Of a stretch of DNA of 64,000 nucleotides, positions 49,655 through 62,769 are shown one piece after another. The stretch comes from Psammoneis japonica (lineage: Eukaryota), in NCBI GenBank assembly GCA_008632985.1, contig QPGO01000048.1, forward strand, positions 434,001 to 498,000. Reading direction: 5' to 3'. The position numbers were made by a program, and so were the translations under genes. The notes beneath the pieces are model-generated. The model did no database searches and was not told where the DNA came from. It saw nothing but the letters and a program-made list of their open reading frames with translations. Each line of letters opens with the position of its first letter. Within the stretch, counting starts at the first letter, position 1.

Positions 49655-52238
49655 ATGAAGGGACGTCAAAGGCAGCCTCAGATAGTGGAGGAGATAGATT
49701 CGGAAGATGATGAAGAAATTCCTGAGGATGAAGCTTTCAACTCAGAGGATGAACGGCGGTACGGCGCTTTCTTTGGCCACAAGCCCAAGACTAGAAGTGA
49801 CGAGAGTGACAGTGACAACTCAGAGGGGAGTGAAGAGTCTGATAGCGACGATGATGACGGTATAGCGTCAGATGATGATTCAGATGAGGGTGACGGGGGA
49901 CAGTATATGTTGGATTTGCTGAACAAGCTTGACGGGCCTTCGGCCGAAGCAAAAGGAGAGAACACGTCTTCTATTCAGCTTGCGACAAGTATCAAGGAGT
50001 CAGAGTTTTCGTCGTCAGTAGTGAAGCGTGCGGATTTGACGCTCGATTCTTTAATGAAGGGATTGGAAGATACAAAGGGTTTTGGTGTTATGCAAAAGAC
50101 AATGAAAGATATGTCCAAAGGGGAAGCAACGTCGGCACCAGCTTCCAGAAAAGTTTCCGATCGGGCCGAACGTAAAGTGCACTACGAACATCAGTCTGAA
50201 GAAGTCTCTCAATGGATTGAACCCGTGAAGCGAAATCGTGAGGCAGAAACTCTCGACTTTCGTCCAAAGGACCGCATGCAGGTTACACGTGACGGACTGG
50301 TGGAGAAGTTTGTCCCCACAACTGATTTTGAGATAGAGCTGGCGGCAGCTTTAGAGAAGGCAGGAGAGCAAGACGAGAAAGCAATTTTGGAGAAAGAGAA
50401 AGCTTTGCTTCAGGCAGAAGATGATTTGGGTTCCAATAAACTCACCATGGAAGAGTACAAGAAACGTCGGGGTGAATTGGCAAAAATCAGAGCTCTCATG
50501 TTTTATCACGAGCAAAAGCGTCATCATATCAACAAGATCAAATCAAAGAAGTACCGTCGAATTCGTAAGAGGCAGCGGGCAAGACAAAAAGAAGCAGAAC
50601 TATCGGCGGAAATGGAAAATTACCCTGACCTGGCAAGGGACATGGAGGAGAAAGAGGAAGTCGAGCGCATGAAGGAGCGGATGACACTGGCTCACAAGAA
50701 CACGAGCAAGTGGGCCAGGCGTATCCTCAAAAGGGGTAAAAACGTTGACGTAGACACACGACGTGCACTTTCGGCGCAGCTTAAGCGTGGCGATGACTTG
50801 AGAAAGAAAATGGAAGGACCGGGAGATGATGCAGAAGACTTAGATGACGGAAACGAGAATCTCGCTGAAGCTGCGCGCCAGGTGCTTGCTAGCACAGAAG
50901 ATGATTCGCAGGACCCCGTAAGAGGAACAGGTCTCTTTCAGTTATCATTTATGAAACGTGGCATTGAAAAGCAGCGCGAACGCGCAAAGGAAGAAGCACG
51001 CCAGCTGTTACGCGAATTAGAAGCCAACGAAGACAGTGACAGTCGAAGTCAGGGCGACGAAAGTGACATCGACAGCCCGAGGCCGAAAAAGACGAAGGTG
51101 GCTTCCAAAGAAGAGTTGAGACAAGTCCTCACTGACGGAACATTGGTAGCGTCGTCATTGGAATTTGGGAACTCAAACTCAATTGCCGTTAGTGGGGGTA
51201 TCGAAGTTTCTCTTCCCGGCCAAGAGGACAAAGGTGCACAAGGCAGAAAGGATGGTGAACTGACTCCCAAATTGACTACCAGTAGTCACTCGGATACGTT
51301 GAGCGTGTCAAACAAAAGTGCACCCGAAGCTTCGACATCAACGAACGAATCCAATATTCCCACTGGAAGGACGAAGAAGGCTAAGCTGGCACAGCCAGGA
51401 TCGGACAAGGACAAGGACAAGGAGCAAAATCCATGGATGGCAGCACTTTCAAAGAAAGATTCTTTCAGTTCAAAGAAGAAACGAGAATCAAAATCCCAGA
51501 CAGGGAATCCAGTCGTTGACGTCGCTGGTGCAGCAGCGGGTTTCGACAATGAAACAAGTGACAGCCAGGATCTGGATGCATCAAATGTTGATGAAGTTAG
51601 CGGGCAAAACAAAGAAACAAAAGCAGAGTCTGCGGTGATTACTTCGCTGACTCAGGAGCAGCTAGTAAAGATGGCGTTTGCTGCATCTGACGAGCCAGAA
51701 GTTGTGCAAGAGTTTGCCAAGGAAAAGGTAAGGAAAATTCACAACGAGGTTTTGAACTTTGTCGCAGCCGTTACTGATTGATTCTGTTTCCTTTACAAAA
51801 TTTCAGGAGCGATCAGCAGAACGAGATGATCCTACTCGGAAGAAAGAAGACAACTCCAATTATGTGTCGGGCTGGGGCAGCTGGGCTGGGCAAGGCGCGC
51901 CGGCTCCAAGACGTCCGCGCAAGCTTCCAGAACGCTTGAAAGCCCCGGAGAAGAAATTACCGAAACGAAAGCGGCAAGATGACAAAAAGCCTTTTGTCAT
52001 TATCAACGAAAAGAGGCTCAAGAAGACGGCAAATAATTTCCAAATTGCTCATATACCGTACCCATATAAATCTCGAGAAGAGTACGAACGAGCCATGACT
52101 GGTGGAGTCGGTTCTGAGTGGAATGTGACAAGTGCTGTTAAAAATCTGACTCGCCCTGAAATATATACACGCGCCGGAAAAGTGATCCAGCCTTTGTCAA
52201 AGAAGGCGAAAGTGAAACGAGCTCCAGCGAAATTCTAG
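49655..52238 (+). CDS. UTP14: U3 snoRNA-associated protein 14
   Basis: KIKSKKYRRI, ERMTLAHKNTSKWA, GWGSWAG, IINEKR, PYPY..EYER..G.EWN; intron 51728-51807. Confidence 0.93.
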
Positions 52239-53283
52239 ATAGCTCCGTTGAGATAATGTACGTAGTTTTAACTGCTTTCTTCAATAACATGCGTAAAGTT
52301 TAGGGTTCATCTGAAAGTCGATTTAGACTCTTCGTGGATGAAAATAACGTGGGTACTACTAGAGAATATCGCACGGGTCGAGGAGCGGCAGATTCGGGTG
52401 AAAAGTTCTGCCAACACCTCCTCTCTAGAGTGGAAAAGCTACCAGTTTGAATCCTCGACAACTCGCAAAGATAATTGAAGCAGAGGCAGCTTAAATGATC
52501 TTTCCGGACATGACAGTAACCACCATTTTGTACTTCTGAGACTAGCATCGGCTTAGCATACCCCGACACTGTTCGGGCGGGAGATCGCAATGTCCTCATT
52601 CCTAGTTTACACCTAGACTAAGAGTGAAAAATAACGCCAGTCTCCACAAGACTAAACTTCGCAAAACAGATATCGAGTTCTTTGGAATTATTTGGAGAAG
52701 GCTGTGTGGCCGTTCAGTTGATTTCGTAGTGACAGATCTAACCTTGTGTGTCTTGATTCTTGGCCTAGTCACCCGGTGCTCTCTCGATCAAGATCAGTTT
52801 GCTGTGGCTGGCAACCGTGTTCCGCCTCTGGAGACAATGATTCGCAAAAAGTACGAACAAAGATCCTCAGACTCCTACTTCCGCGTCCAGCAGGATAAAG
52901 TTGTAACACTTGACCAGAACGCCATCAAGCCCCGCGCCAAGACATCGACCGTCTGCCTCCTCCAAGTCCATTCATCTCTGACACGAGACTCCTCTGGTAC
53001 GAATGCTCGTGCCGCATTGGCGAGTCCCAAAGAAGTCAGTCAAACTGAGGGATTCTTCCGGTCGCGACAACAGTAAATTACAACAACGACATCGTCTTGT
53101 TCTGAGGCGTTGGGACTCAATCACTTCCAAAGCTTCCACCTCCACCTTGTCGGCCATGAGGAAGAAACATCCCACGGGAATCCCTCGTGACATCCATCGG
53201 TACTGTAGGCAAGTCACTCAAACGGTTTCATTTTTCGTGACCAGCTTTCTCACCCTTCAAAAGTAGGGTAGAATATTGCGCTG

Positions 53284-54387
53284 TTAAGAATCGTGCTCGT
53301 TTCTGTTCTTCATTTCATTTTGCAGTATTCTTGCTTCATCTTGCATCTCCGATGAACGTACGCTGCTTTGGATTGGTGTAAAATGCTTTGGATTTGTTGA
53401 ATAATAGACAATACTGAATCGTCCATGTCCCTTCCACCCTTCGACCCAATGAATGTTGCGTCCATCCATACATCCTAATCGGTTGAAAATGTCAATTCTT
53501 ACGACATGGTCTCCTTGATCGACACACAATCGCCCACCATCTTGTTCAAAGTCTCCCAGTGCAATGACATGCTGGACGGTGGTGTCGTGACGATCAACGT
53601 GGGGTGAACCGGTGAAGTTGAAGGTAATGGCCAAGGCCGTATAGGGAGTCGCTGATTCGCCCAACGTTTCGTGATACAAAAGACGACACGCCTCCCATAC
53701 GGCTTTTTGCTCCAGTGTGAAGCTACCAGACTGCTTCTCTCGCAACGTCAAGTACCGCCCGGCTTGGACGCCTGCACGATTGTCACAAAGAGGAGGCCAC
53801 AAACGGGTATCGTCGTGATGACAATGATCTTGCAAGAGTCGCAAGAGAGATTCTCTCCGATCCATGGCGACCGGAACGCCTTTGATATCCTGCATGGGAC
53901 GGTCATGGCCATAAGAATGACACAAGTCACGCAACAATTGAAAATGATAGTGAAAGCGTCCCAATTTTCCTTGGGGTTTGTGAAGTTTGGAAATTCCCAA
54001 TCGATATTTCAAGTCCGGCGTCGACAAGGGCAGCAACTGGACATGCAAACAAGGGGATTTGGTCGAAATCGGCGTTCGAGTTGCCAAGGGATTCCGATGT
54101 CGACTGTCAAATCTATAATAATGATACCCGTGCGTCATGGGAACCGCCAATCCTTCATACTGCGCCCTACAGGCTTCAGCCTGATGAGCCGAGGAAAACT
54201 CCAAGCGAGCCTGGAGGAGACGAGACATATGAATTAAGCCAGGAATGCGGATCTGGTTGGGTTGCAATTGTACGGTAGAGTCGAGGATTAAGTCCTTGTT
54301 GATCAAGAGAGCAATGGTTTCCGTGGTCCACGTTGGCGCCAAATCAATCATGTCCAAGTAATAACCAGTGGGTGATGGTGTGCTCAT
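53284..54387 (-). CDS. 2-oxoglutarate/Fe(II) dioxygenase-like protein (TET/JBP- or AlkB-like signature)
   Basis: Intact 367-aa ORF with SPHVDRHD (HxD), IALGDF..GGRL, DGRNIHWV (distal H), GRFSIVYY (RxS). Confidence 0.65.
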   Translation of the reverse strand: MSTPSPTGYYLDMIDLAPTWTTETIALLINKDLILDSTVQLQPNQIRIPGLIHMSRLLQARLEFSSAHQAEACRAQYEGLAVPMTHGYHYYRFDSRHRNPLATRTPISTKSPCLHVQLLPLSTPDLKYRLGISKLHKPQGKLGRFHYHFQLLRDLCHSYGHDRPMQDIKGVPVAMDRRESLLRLLQDHCHHDDTRLWPPLCDNRAGVQAGRYLTLREKQSGSFTLEQKAVWEACRLLYHETLGESATPYTALAITFNFTGSPHVDRHDTTVQHVIALGDFEQDGGRLCVDQGDHVVRIDIFNRLGCMDGRNIHWVEGWKGHGRFSIVYYSTNPKHFTPIQSSVRSSEMQDEARILQNEMKNRNEHDS

Positions 54388-54807
54388 GACGGCACGGACA
54401 GATATTATGCTAACTACAGCAATGTCATTTGTTCTTTTTGATCATCACAACACGCCACACCCTCAACAAAAAATATGTTATCTATCTCGCTACCTACTCT
54501 ACGGCCGGTACTCCCACAGCTGGCGTCGGTCCTTCCATCAGCCCGGAGGGTGCGGCAACCACGCACACGATATGTTCAGCCGCCGCGTCGTCGCCTTACA
54601 CAAGTCACAGAACAACGCTCATGTCAATCTTGCTCATTGCCTTTTTGACATGTGCACTTTTCAAGCATGGTATCATGGAAGTGGCACTGGGTGGCGCAAG
54701 TCTCCATTGTTGAAACACTGCTGCAGAAGTGTTCTTTGCACCCTTCCCTGTCACCACGAGACAAGAGCAAGGCGGCTGAAGACATCTTTTCAAACAGCAA
54801 CATGTGC

Positions 54808-54833
54808 GGGGGGGGGGGNGGGGGGGGGGGGGG
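54808..54833. repeat. Poly-G tract containing an N
   Basis: About 26-nt G run with n at 54819. Confidence 0.85.
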
Positions 54834-55728
54834 TTGGGAGTTTAGAGGACCCCAGCTTTCTTTGCCTTTGAGCAGAACATCAATGAGTTGGCCATGATTC
54901 TTGTCAGCTTGAGACTTTGTCTGCAAAAACAGCAGAGAAGAGTCATTGGAAAAAGCCACTTGAAGCAGTGTTTGTGTGTGCTTCATGTGCATCATTGGCC
55001 AGGCCATTGTTTCTTCATTGACTCAGCTTCTTTCCTCACATCACATGGATTGGGCTTTTTTCTTGACAGTGCAAAGAAGGTTGCCCATGTGTTGCATTGT
55101 CATGGCAGCTGCTTTTGCCATCTTGAGAAGTTGCTCGAACACAAGCGTGCACTTTGGCAGTGTTCTGTTGGATGCAGTTGGTCACAACCACTTCAATTTC
55201 TTGAGTGCACCTTGCCCATTTGCTCAATTTGCCTGCACTGTTTCTTCAAGTGTGGCGCCCAAAATCTGGCCAGATCCACTGCATCATGTGCACAACAATT
55301 TTTGGAAACCAGACACGAGTGCACTTTTTCAGCTCCTTCTCTTTGGTGTGTGGCATGTTGCTTTTGTCACCTGATGGCAGGATCCTTGCATCTTTTGGTG
55401 CTTCCATTTGTGGAACTGGCTTGTCAAGTGCAGTGCAGCCACCCATCTCAATGTGCTCTTTTTCCATTGCATCCTCTTGGTGTGGTGTTTTCAAACATTG
55501 TCACAGCCTTGCCACACTTTGCCACTTTCGGTTCACTGCCAAGTTGGCTCAGCTCTCACACCTGCTGACAAAATCTTGCTTCTGCCAGCACCAGTTCAAT
55601 CTTGTGCTGGTTTGTGCCTGACATCCCTGTCTTGTGCCTGTGCCCAGATGCAGTGGCAACCTTGCCATGGGTCACTGCATGCCCAACAAACCTGCCTCCT
55701 GAGAATGGCAAAGCTTTCTCAGCCTTTT

Positions 55729-55778
55729 TCTCTGTCTCTCTCTCTCTCTCTGCCTGTCTCTCTCTCTCTCTCTCTCTC
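55729..55778. repeat. Imperfect (CT)n microsatellite
   Basis: tctctgtctctctctctctctctgcctgtctctctctctctc... Confidence 0.85.
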
Positions 55779-58700
55779 CCTCAGCAGCTTCAAGGCTCTG
55801 GCAGCCATCAGCATCATCAGCTGGGCAGCCCTGGGGCATTTGTTGCCCCTCAGTTTCGTTCCCCTCACTTCAATTTTGTGAGAGGGAGGTTGTCAAGGTT
55901 CAGAGGGGGGTGGTCATTTTTGTTTGGACAGCCAGGGTCTTTGGAAAGCACACACATTGCAAACATGGCACACAACATTTTGCACCCACTCCAATGTCTC
56001 ACAACAAGTGCCGCCATCATGAGTTGTTGAACATCTGGCCATCACACAGTTTGCTGCATGGTCTGCTGCCCCTCAGGTGATGCCTTCTCTTCTTCATCTT
56101 TGCCACTCCTGTTTCTCTGCAGGCACACAAGTGCTCATCAAATTTTGCATTCTTGCCAAAGAGCACTCATGCTGTGCTGCCATTTTGCCCCCAACAATCA
56201 TTGCACCCTTCAACCCAAAATGGGCCTTGGTGGCCACTTCAAAAGAAAAATTTGGTGGCACTTGTGCTTGGGTGAGTTTGTTGCATTGCACATCTCCATG
56301 GCACACAGGTTCTCCATTTGCTCAAGTCACAAACAGCGTGCCAGCTCCACCAAAGTGTTCTGTTGTGGTGTGTTGCATGCCATGCACACTCTTTCAATGT
56401 TCATCTTCCAGCCAACCCTGGCCATCAGAGTGTTGTTTGAGCTTTTCTCATTTTTTCTCACATTGTCCATGTGGACCTTCTTGACAACCAGCACAGGCCA
56501 TTTTCACCTGTGTCCCCCACTGTTTTGGCATGGGTTTGACCATGTCACTCTTGCTCCTTAAAAACAAACTGAATGTCAGATTGGTGCATTCATTGACCAT
56601 GCATTGTTCCAGAATGACCTTGAGGCCATTCTTCTCTCCCAATTGTGGGCATGTGACAAGACAGAGGAGCCAAGCACATTTTCCATTGCCATCTTGTGCT
56701 CATTCTGCTGCAGCATGCTCTTTTTTGACTTTCCAGTGGCACATGATTTGCATGGGGGGACACGCTGCCTTGTGGTGCTGGACTTCACTCAAACTGCTCC
56801 TTGGCAGACTCTCAGGTGCTTTCTTTTAACACATGATGATCCAACAAACAGAGCACCTTGGCTTTGCTGTGGTGGGTCTTTTTCATCTCAGAATCACTTT
56901 GCTTGGCACAGCAGCTGAACATGATGACCTTGTGCCTGTTCCTCAGCAGCCCATGCATGACTCTTGTCACCACCCAGCATCAAGCCCTGCGTTTGTTGTG
57001 CTGTGAAGCTGAGCAGGTTGAGCTTGTTCTCAGGCCCAACCCTCACACTCTGCACATGCACAATGTGCATTTTGTTGTAAATTTGGCTCCATTGCCATTT
57101 GCCAGAGCTTCTTGTTGCTGCTGCTTGCTTTTTTTTAACATTCGCTGCTCCCGTGCTGCACAATGATGATGGGTGCCATCCACACTTGCTCCAGCATTTG
57201 CAAGTTTTGCACACATGGGTTTGCAAAAGCAGTTGGCCAATTTGGGAAACCCCAGCTGCATGCTCAACAGCATGAGTTTGTCCATGTTGGCTGGCTCCTG
57301 CCCATTCTGTTTTTGACTTTCTTTTCATGACCTTCTCAGCCAACTTGGTTTTGTGCCAATGAGGGGCCTCACTTGCATTTCTTGGGTTGTGCCAACAACA
57401 CTCCATTTTCCTTGTGACCAACATCCACCCTTGCCTCAATGGCCGCAAGCTTGAGATTGTGGCTTTTGCCTTTTGTGTCATCTTTCTTTGGGCACTCATG
57501 CATTTTGTTGCCAGTGTCACCATGTCAGAAGTGCTTGCTGTGATCCTGCCAGACAGCCCCACTTGTTGATGTTGGTGTGCAGTCTTGGCTGTTGCTCCTT
57601 CAAAAGTGTCATCATTTCTTGAAAGTCTGCCATTCCACACACATTTCCTCTCCCATGCTTTGCTTTTTGTTGCTGTGGCTGACACTCCAGGGTGTTCTTT
57701 TGTGGCATTTTTGATGCTGCCTTGATTGTGTCTTCCTTGTTGACTCATTGTGAATGCCCCTGAGTTTCTTGAGTGGATTTGGCTGTGCTCTTGTCTTGTT
57801 TCACATGCAAGCCATCATTTGCCCATGCAAGAACACACGTGTGTCTTGTGGCACACAACTCCTGAACAAAGCATCTGCTGAACTGGCATCAAGTGATGTT
57901 TGAACAGTGCCTTTAATGATGCCACCCACCACTGACCACTGGAACAAAAAGTGCTTCTTTGTGACTGGGGTGGCTGCCAAGAAATCTCCTGTGCAGCTCT
58001 TTGATTTTGTGCCTGCTTTTCAACACCAGCTGCTCTTGTTCTCAGCTCACCCTGCAGTGCCAACACTGACCTTCTCAGATGGTGTTTTGTGCTGGGTGTG
58101 TGACAAGCTAATGTTGGCCATTTCTGCAGTGCAAGAACCACATCACAGGATGACAAGCAATGTTGTCTGGCAGAAAACTGCAAGCATTGATGCCTTGTGA
58201 GCTGCAAGCTTGCTGCCCTTTGTCATGATTTTCTGCTGATTCAGCAAACGTTCCATGCAGGCTCCAGCAGCACAAATCCTGTGTGCTTCAGAAATGACCT
58301 CCAATGATTGCTTCATCAAATCTCTAAACTTCTGTCCATGCCCATCAGTGATTGTCAATGATCTTGTTTTCTTCTGTTGGCTTGTCAAGTTCTTCACTCC
58401 AAGTTGTGAAAGTGCCATTTCTGTGGTTGTGGCACTCATGACTGTCAGCTTCAGTCAACGTTTGGCATCACTTGGCTGCCATTGTCCATTTCTGTGCAAG
58501 ATCCAGTGCTGTCTCTATGTGCAACACATCAACGCATTTCACTTCATGACTCCCAGTCCTGAACAAACTCTCTCTTAATTGCTGGCACATCAAGCTTGCT
58601 GCTCTGTGTGGCAAACTTTCTGCTGTTGCCACAGCACCCAAAAGTGTGAAGTTGAGTCTCTCCTTGCCAAAAGCAAGCTGGTGCTGTGGAAGCCACACTT

Positions 58701-59984
58701 CTGTCTTAGAACTCATGCTGCTCTTAAACCAAGTTCTGAGTGTGACTTTTCTTTGCCATTTGGGCATGGCTGCCATGGTTTCAGTCCCAAAGAAAGCAAC
58801 AACTCCTGCTTTGTGCCATTTTGTTGTTGCCATCAGGTGCTGCCACAAGGTGGCATCAACCTTGGCCAGCCCTTGCATCCTTCTGCTGCACACTCCTGTG
58901 TGCTGGAAGTGCAGGTCAACCATGTCAGCCTTGCTGGCAAATGGCACAATGACAGCACTCAAAGCTGGATTTGAGGTTGTCAAGTTTGTGCCTCCAGCTT
59001 GGCCAGATTGTGGCCTTCTCAAATGGTCTGACAAACAGCTCCACCTTGGTGTGCATGGCTGCTTGGTTGCTCTCTTCGTAGAAGGCTTGTGTGCAGGTGG
59101 GGATTGAAGTCTTGCACTCACAAGAATGGTTGCTTTTTTGTTTTGGCACCTTTGCAGATGCTGACAACTTGCACCTTGATGACAGGCCATGGACCTTTCA
59201 GATGGGGTGGTCTTTGCTTGGAATGCCTTGCCAGCTTTACACTGCTCATTTGTGTTGCCAAGGCATCTTTGTTCATGCTCTTGAAGATCTCAACTTAAAT
59301 TGGCTGATTGGCAGCACACTGGCCCAGTGGTGCCTTGTCACACTGGTTGGAATTTGTTGCCACGGCACAGTGTGGCACCAACTTGGTCTGTCCTTGGTGT
59401 TTGATGCAGGTGGGGCTGAGAGCACTTGGTGGTGCAGCCATGTGCTTTTCTCAGCAGCCCATGGGTGCAGGCCAGCCAGTTGAATCTTGATGATCTTGTT
59501 CTCAAAACTGTGAGCACTCATCCACATGGGACTCATGTCTGGCCACTTCCAACATTTGTTGGTGTACTCTGCAACTCTCTCCTGCAAGCTTGCTTCGCGT
59601 CGTTTGGAGCCACTTTGTTCAATCATGCACACATCATTGCCGTCGTCGACTTTTCGCATGCGTCGAGCCACCAGGGCGCTCACCAAGCTTGTGTGGCTGT
59701 GCCCTCTCTCTACGGTATACTTAAGAGCAGGAGAGAGTCAATCCAGCTGCGACAGATTCTGGTGTCTATCCTGCTGCAGAGAGAAGAAGGAGCGAGCATA
59801 TGGTGTTCAATACAGTATAGCGACACACAATCGACCTTCACTGAGCTTTCTATGGACCTTAGAGCTCTACTTGTTCAGTGTTTCCCGCTGCCATTGTTTT
59901 AAAATTGAAGGAGGCTTTGCCGTCACACATTTGACATGTAGCCAAGTGCATAAGGTCTATTCAGCACCGCGTGTTGCGCAAGTC

Positions 59985-60652
59985 TTAGAGGGGCTCATTA
60001 GACGCGACCCACATGCGTTCCTTTGTCGTTGTTGTGTCCTGTTGCTCGCCGAGCTCAACGGCTTTGACAATGTCGTTCTTAATTGCTTCAATTAGTTTGT
60101 CGATGCCTTCGAAAGGGAGCTCTGGACGGAGATAACCCACCACCGACAAGCGAATCGGCTCGCCATAAAACTCCCGCAACACAGTCTCACCGCAGCTTGA
60201 CAAGTGCCGTCTGCTATCTTGGTCAGAAGCGATCAAATGAGGCTCAACAGTTTTTTCCTTGTTGCCATATGTAGGGTTATATCCAATCGAAATCGCCGCC
60301 TTGAACACTCGACAGGCATCCTCGTCTTCTTTGCTGCTACTTGGGTCGCCGATCCGAGCAAACCCCCAATAGATGCCGCACGGTAGCTCACCAAAGTTCA
60401 CGCCGTGATATGAACCAGAATCACGAGAAAGGTTCGCTGTTGGAACTGTGCAGTTCAAAAGTCATCAGAATTTTACGTTACATTACAGTTGGGGGTAGAG
60501 AGACGCCAACGAATATGTGACTTACTGCCTAAATCGGAGCTTCCCCTTCCGAATCCTCGTACAACAGTGCTTGTCATTCTTATGGGCAACTGCGAGTTTG
60601 CGATCCCATCTCCGTTGATGGCGCCATTTTCTCGGGTCATTTCGCTCTTCAT
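59985..60652 (-). CDS. RFK: Riboflavin kinase
   Basis: VVRGFGRGSSDLG|(I)PTANL, GIYWG, SIGYNPTY.N, VEPHL, FYG, YLRPE, I..DI; one intron at about 60446-60525. Confidence 0.95.
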
Positions 60653-61024
60653 AGTCGTCTTTCTTGGCAACCAACAGCAACCGGTTGGGCAACCGTGATG
60701 GCTTACTGTACCTACTTCTCTCGAAGCTGTTGCAACACGAAACGCGATCTTGAAGCAGGGCGCAGTTGGCAGATGGCATGATAATGGATGATGGCAGCGC
60801 AACCTGCGCGCGCACCGAAACCACTCATAGCACACGACACAACACCCAACACACCATCTACTCTCTCTAGAGAGCTACAGTAGCTACCGTACTAGATATC
60901 ACTACTTCTATCACTCGACAAGCTTGCAGTTTATTCAGTTATCGCTTTGAGTTTGCGGGGGATCACCATCTTTAATCTATAGCGTGAACCTACCGTATTC
61001 ACACAGAGAAATTCCCCTAGTAAA

Positions 61025-62203
61025 ATGGAATTGAATCCTTGTCGAACTGTTGTTACGAATTTCGCGTCTCGTTCCTCACCTCATACAGCTTCCGCTTTAA
61101 CGAATGAGGACAGTGATGTGTATGAAAAGGGTGTGTGGGTGCTCTTTGTCGCTGCCAACTCTTTCAGCCAAAGTAGAAAATGGATAAGTGCCGCTTTAAG
61201 TAGTGGTGACATTTGTACGTACGATCAGGAGCGGCTGCAGCAGATCCATTCAAAAGCGTGCGCACATGGTGACGCCAGTGTCACCGATTTAACAGTCGGC
61301 GGCGAAAATTTGCTAGCGAGTTCTGGAAAAGATGGAAGTGTATGCCTATTTGACATTCGGCAGCCATCAGTTGCCCTCCAGTTTCATCTGACCCGTTCTG
61401 AGGAAGCTCTGTCTGTCAGTATCGGATATGATGGTGCATTGGCAGCTGTGGGAGGGAGTAGGGCGAAGATCCATTTCTTTGATCTACGACAAGGGGGGAG
61501 TCTATTGGGTTCCTACGTAGATTGCCACACTGAAGAAGTAACGAGGGTTAGATTTCAACCGAATCCTGAAAATGAATGCACCACTACGCCAACGCTGGTT
61601 TCCGCATCAGAAGATGGATTGGCGTGCGTTTTCGACACCAGTCAGCCGTCAGAGGATGCTGCATTGACGTCTGTTTTGAATATTCAAACGCCTCTACGTG
61701 ACATTGGTTTCTTTGGCCCTTCGTATGAAGGATTGTATTGCTTAACCGGCAGCGAAACAATGAGCATATGGCACCACAACTCAGCACAGCGCATATGCGA
61801 TTTTGGAATGGACTTGCGGTCGAAGCTTTCGCGGGCTGCTGGAGGCTTAAACATTGACTACCTCGTTGGCTGCAGTTGGGACTCCAAGTTGAGCAGACTA
61901 TCACTATTGTCAGGTAACTCCAATGGTGGGGCCGCTCTTTTCATGGTGGATGCCAAATCCATCACGTTGGACCATTTACTTTGTGGTGGACACAAAGGCT
62001 GTGTCCGAAGTTGGTGCGCCCTTTCACAGACGTCATTTGTAACAGGTGGAGAAGACGCGCGTCTGTGTGAATGGAATCGATCAAACAGCGGAGACTCGTC
62101 TTCAACTATGGCGGTTACCAGGAACTGTGTGAAAACGCCAGCTGTGACAAGAGGTATCCCCAGTCGACGAGAGAGGAAGAAACAGACAATGGCACCTTAT
62201 TAG
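61025..62203 (+). CDS. WD40 protein, WDR89-like
   Basis: LLGSYVDCHTEEVTRVRF, LVSASEDGLACVFD..SEDAAL, GGHKGCVR, VTGGEDARLCEW. Confidence 0.8.
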   Translation: MELNPCRTVVTNFASRSSPHTASALTNEDSDVYEKGVWVLFVAANSFSQSRKWISAALSSGDICTYDQERLQQIHSKACAHGDASVTDLTVGGENLLASSGKDGSVCLFDIRQPSVALQFHLTRSEEALSVSIGYDGALAAVGGSRAKIHFFDLRQGGSLLGSYVDCHTEEVTRVRFQPNPENECTTTPTLVSASEDGLACVFDTSQPSEDAALTSVLNIQTPLRDIGFFGPSYEGLYCLTGSETMSIWHHNSAQRICDFGMDLRSKLSRAAGGLNIDYLVGCSWDSKLSRLSLLSGNSNGGAALFMVDAKSITLDHLLCGGHKGCVRSWCALSQTSFVTGGEDARLCEWNRSNSGDSSSTMAVTRNCVKTPAVTRGIPSRRERKKQTMAPY

Positions 62204-62769
62204 GTCTCCGACAGGTCATTGCTATTGCAGTAGAAGCGAGACGTTTCTTCGTCACTCTTTATTTCCTTCATTGTCTTTCAGCATACCTTGAGCAAAAGAT
62301 AGACAAGGAACATGGTGGAATTCGAAGTTCGGGGTGCAGAAAGAACTGGGAAAACACCGCCTACAGATTATGCGTGATTTAGTCATCGGTGTTTTGACAC
62401 GACCTTCATGCGAAAAGTCCTAGGGCCCTACTTTAGCTTTAACCCAAGCTCCAAATAGCCGTAACCAGCCTTACACTAGTTCATCACCGTTTGCTGGCAA
62501 GTAAAGAAGAAGAGACAGAAGTTGCTCTGGCGCTCACTTGGAAGGAAGCACCCAGAGCCTCATGCCTTTTTGGTTTTGTCGACGGCACAGGGGAAAAAGT
62601 AAGGATGCGGAACACGATAACTTTTGAATTTCTCATTCCGAGTTTTTGCGGCCTTACCTGAAGCAGCCGCTAATCACATCGCAAAGACCAGATGCAGTCC
62701 CCAGGAAGGACACGTCTGGAACCATCCCATTTAGGCGCATTGTATGAAATATCAGGTTGATCTGTCGTA

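Larger units (their letters stand above)
54600..59700. other. Hypermutated domain 2 (TpA- and CpG-depleted relic of an unidentified element, probably minus strand)
   Basis: TA and CG both nearly absent from about 54.9 to 59.5 kb; TG/CA saturated; many overlapping Cys/His-rich spurious ORFs; no recognisable domain. Confidence 0.88.

Noticed and set aside
52300..53270. Short ORFs between UTP14 and the oxygenase
   Set aside because: No recognisable domains or consistent exon structure.
31149..54387. MBD4 + SET-like + oxygenase as a clustered DNA-modification system
   Set aside because: They are spread over 23 kb among unrelated housekeeping genes; there is no evidence of functional clustering.
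54808..54833. Poly-G tract as a functional G-quadruplex or element terminus
   Set aside because: It contains an N, so a scaffold join or sequencing artefact is plausible.
54900..59690. Assigning a TE family or protein to domain 2
   Set aside because: Too degraded; I could not recognise any motif. It needs TA/CG reversion and an HMM search.
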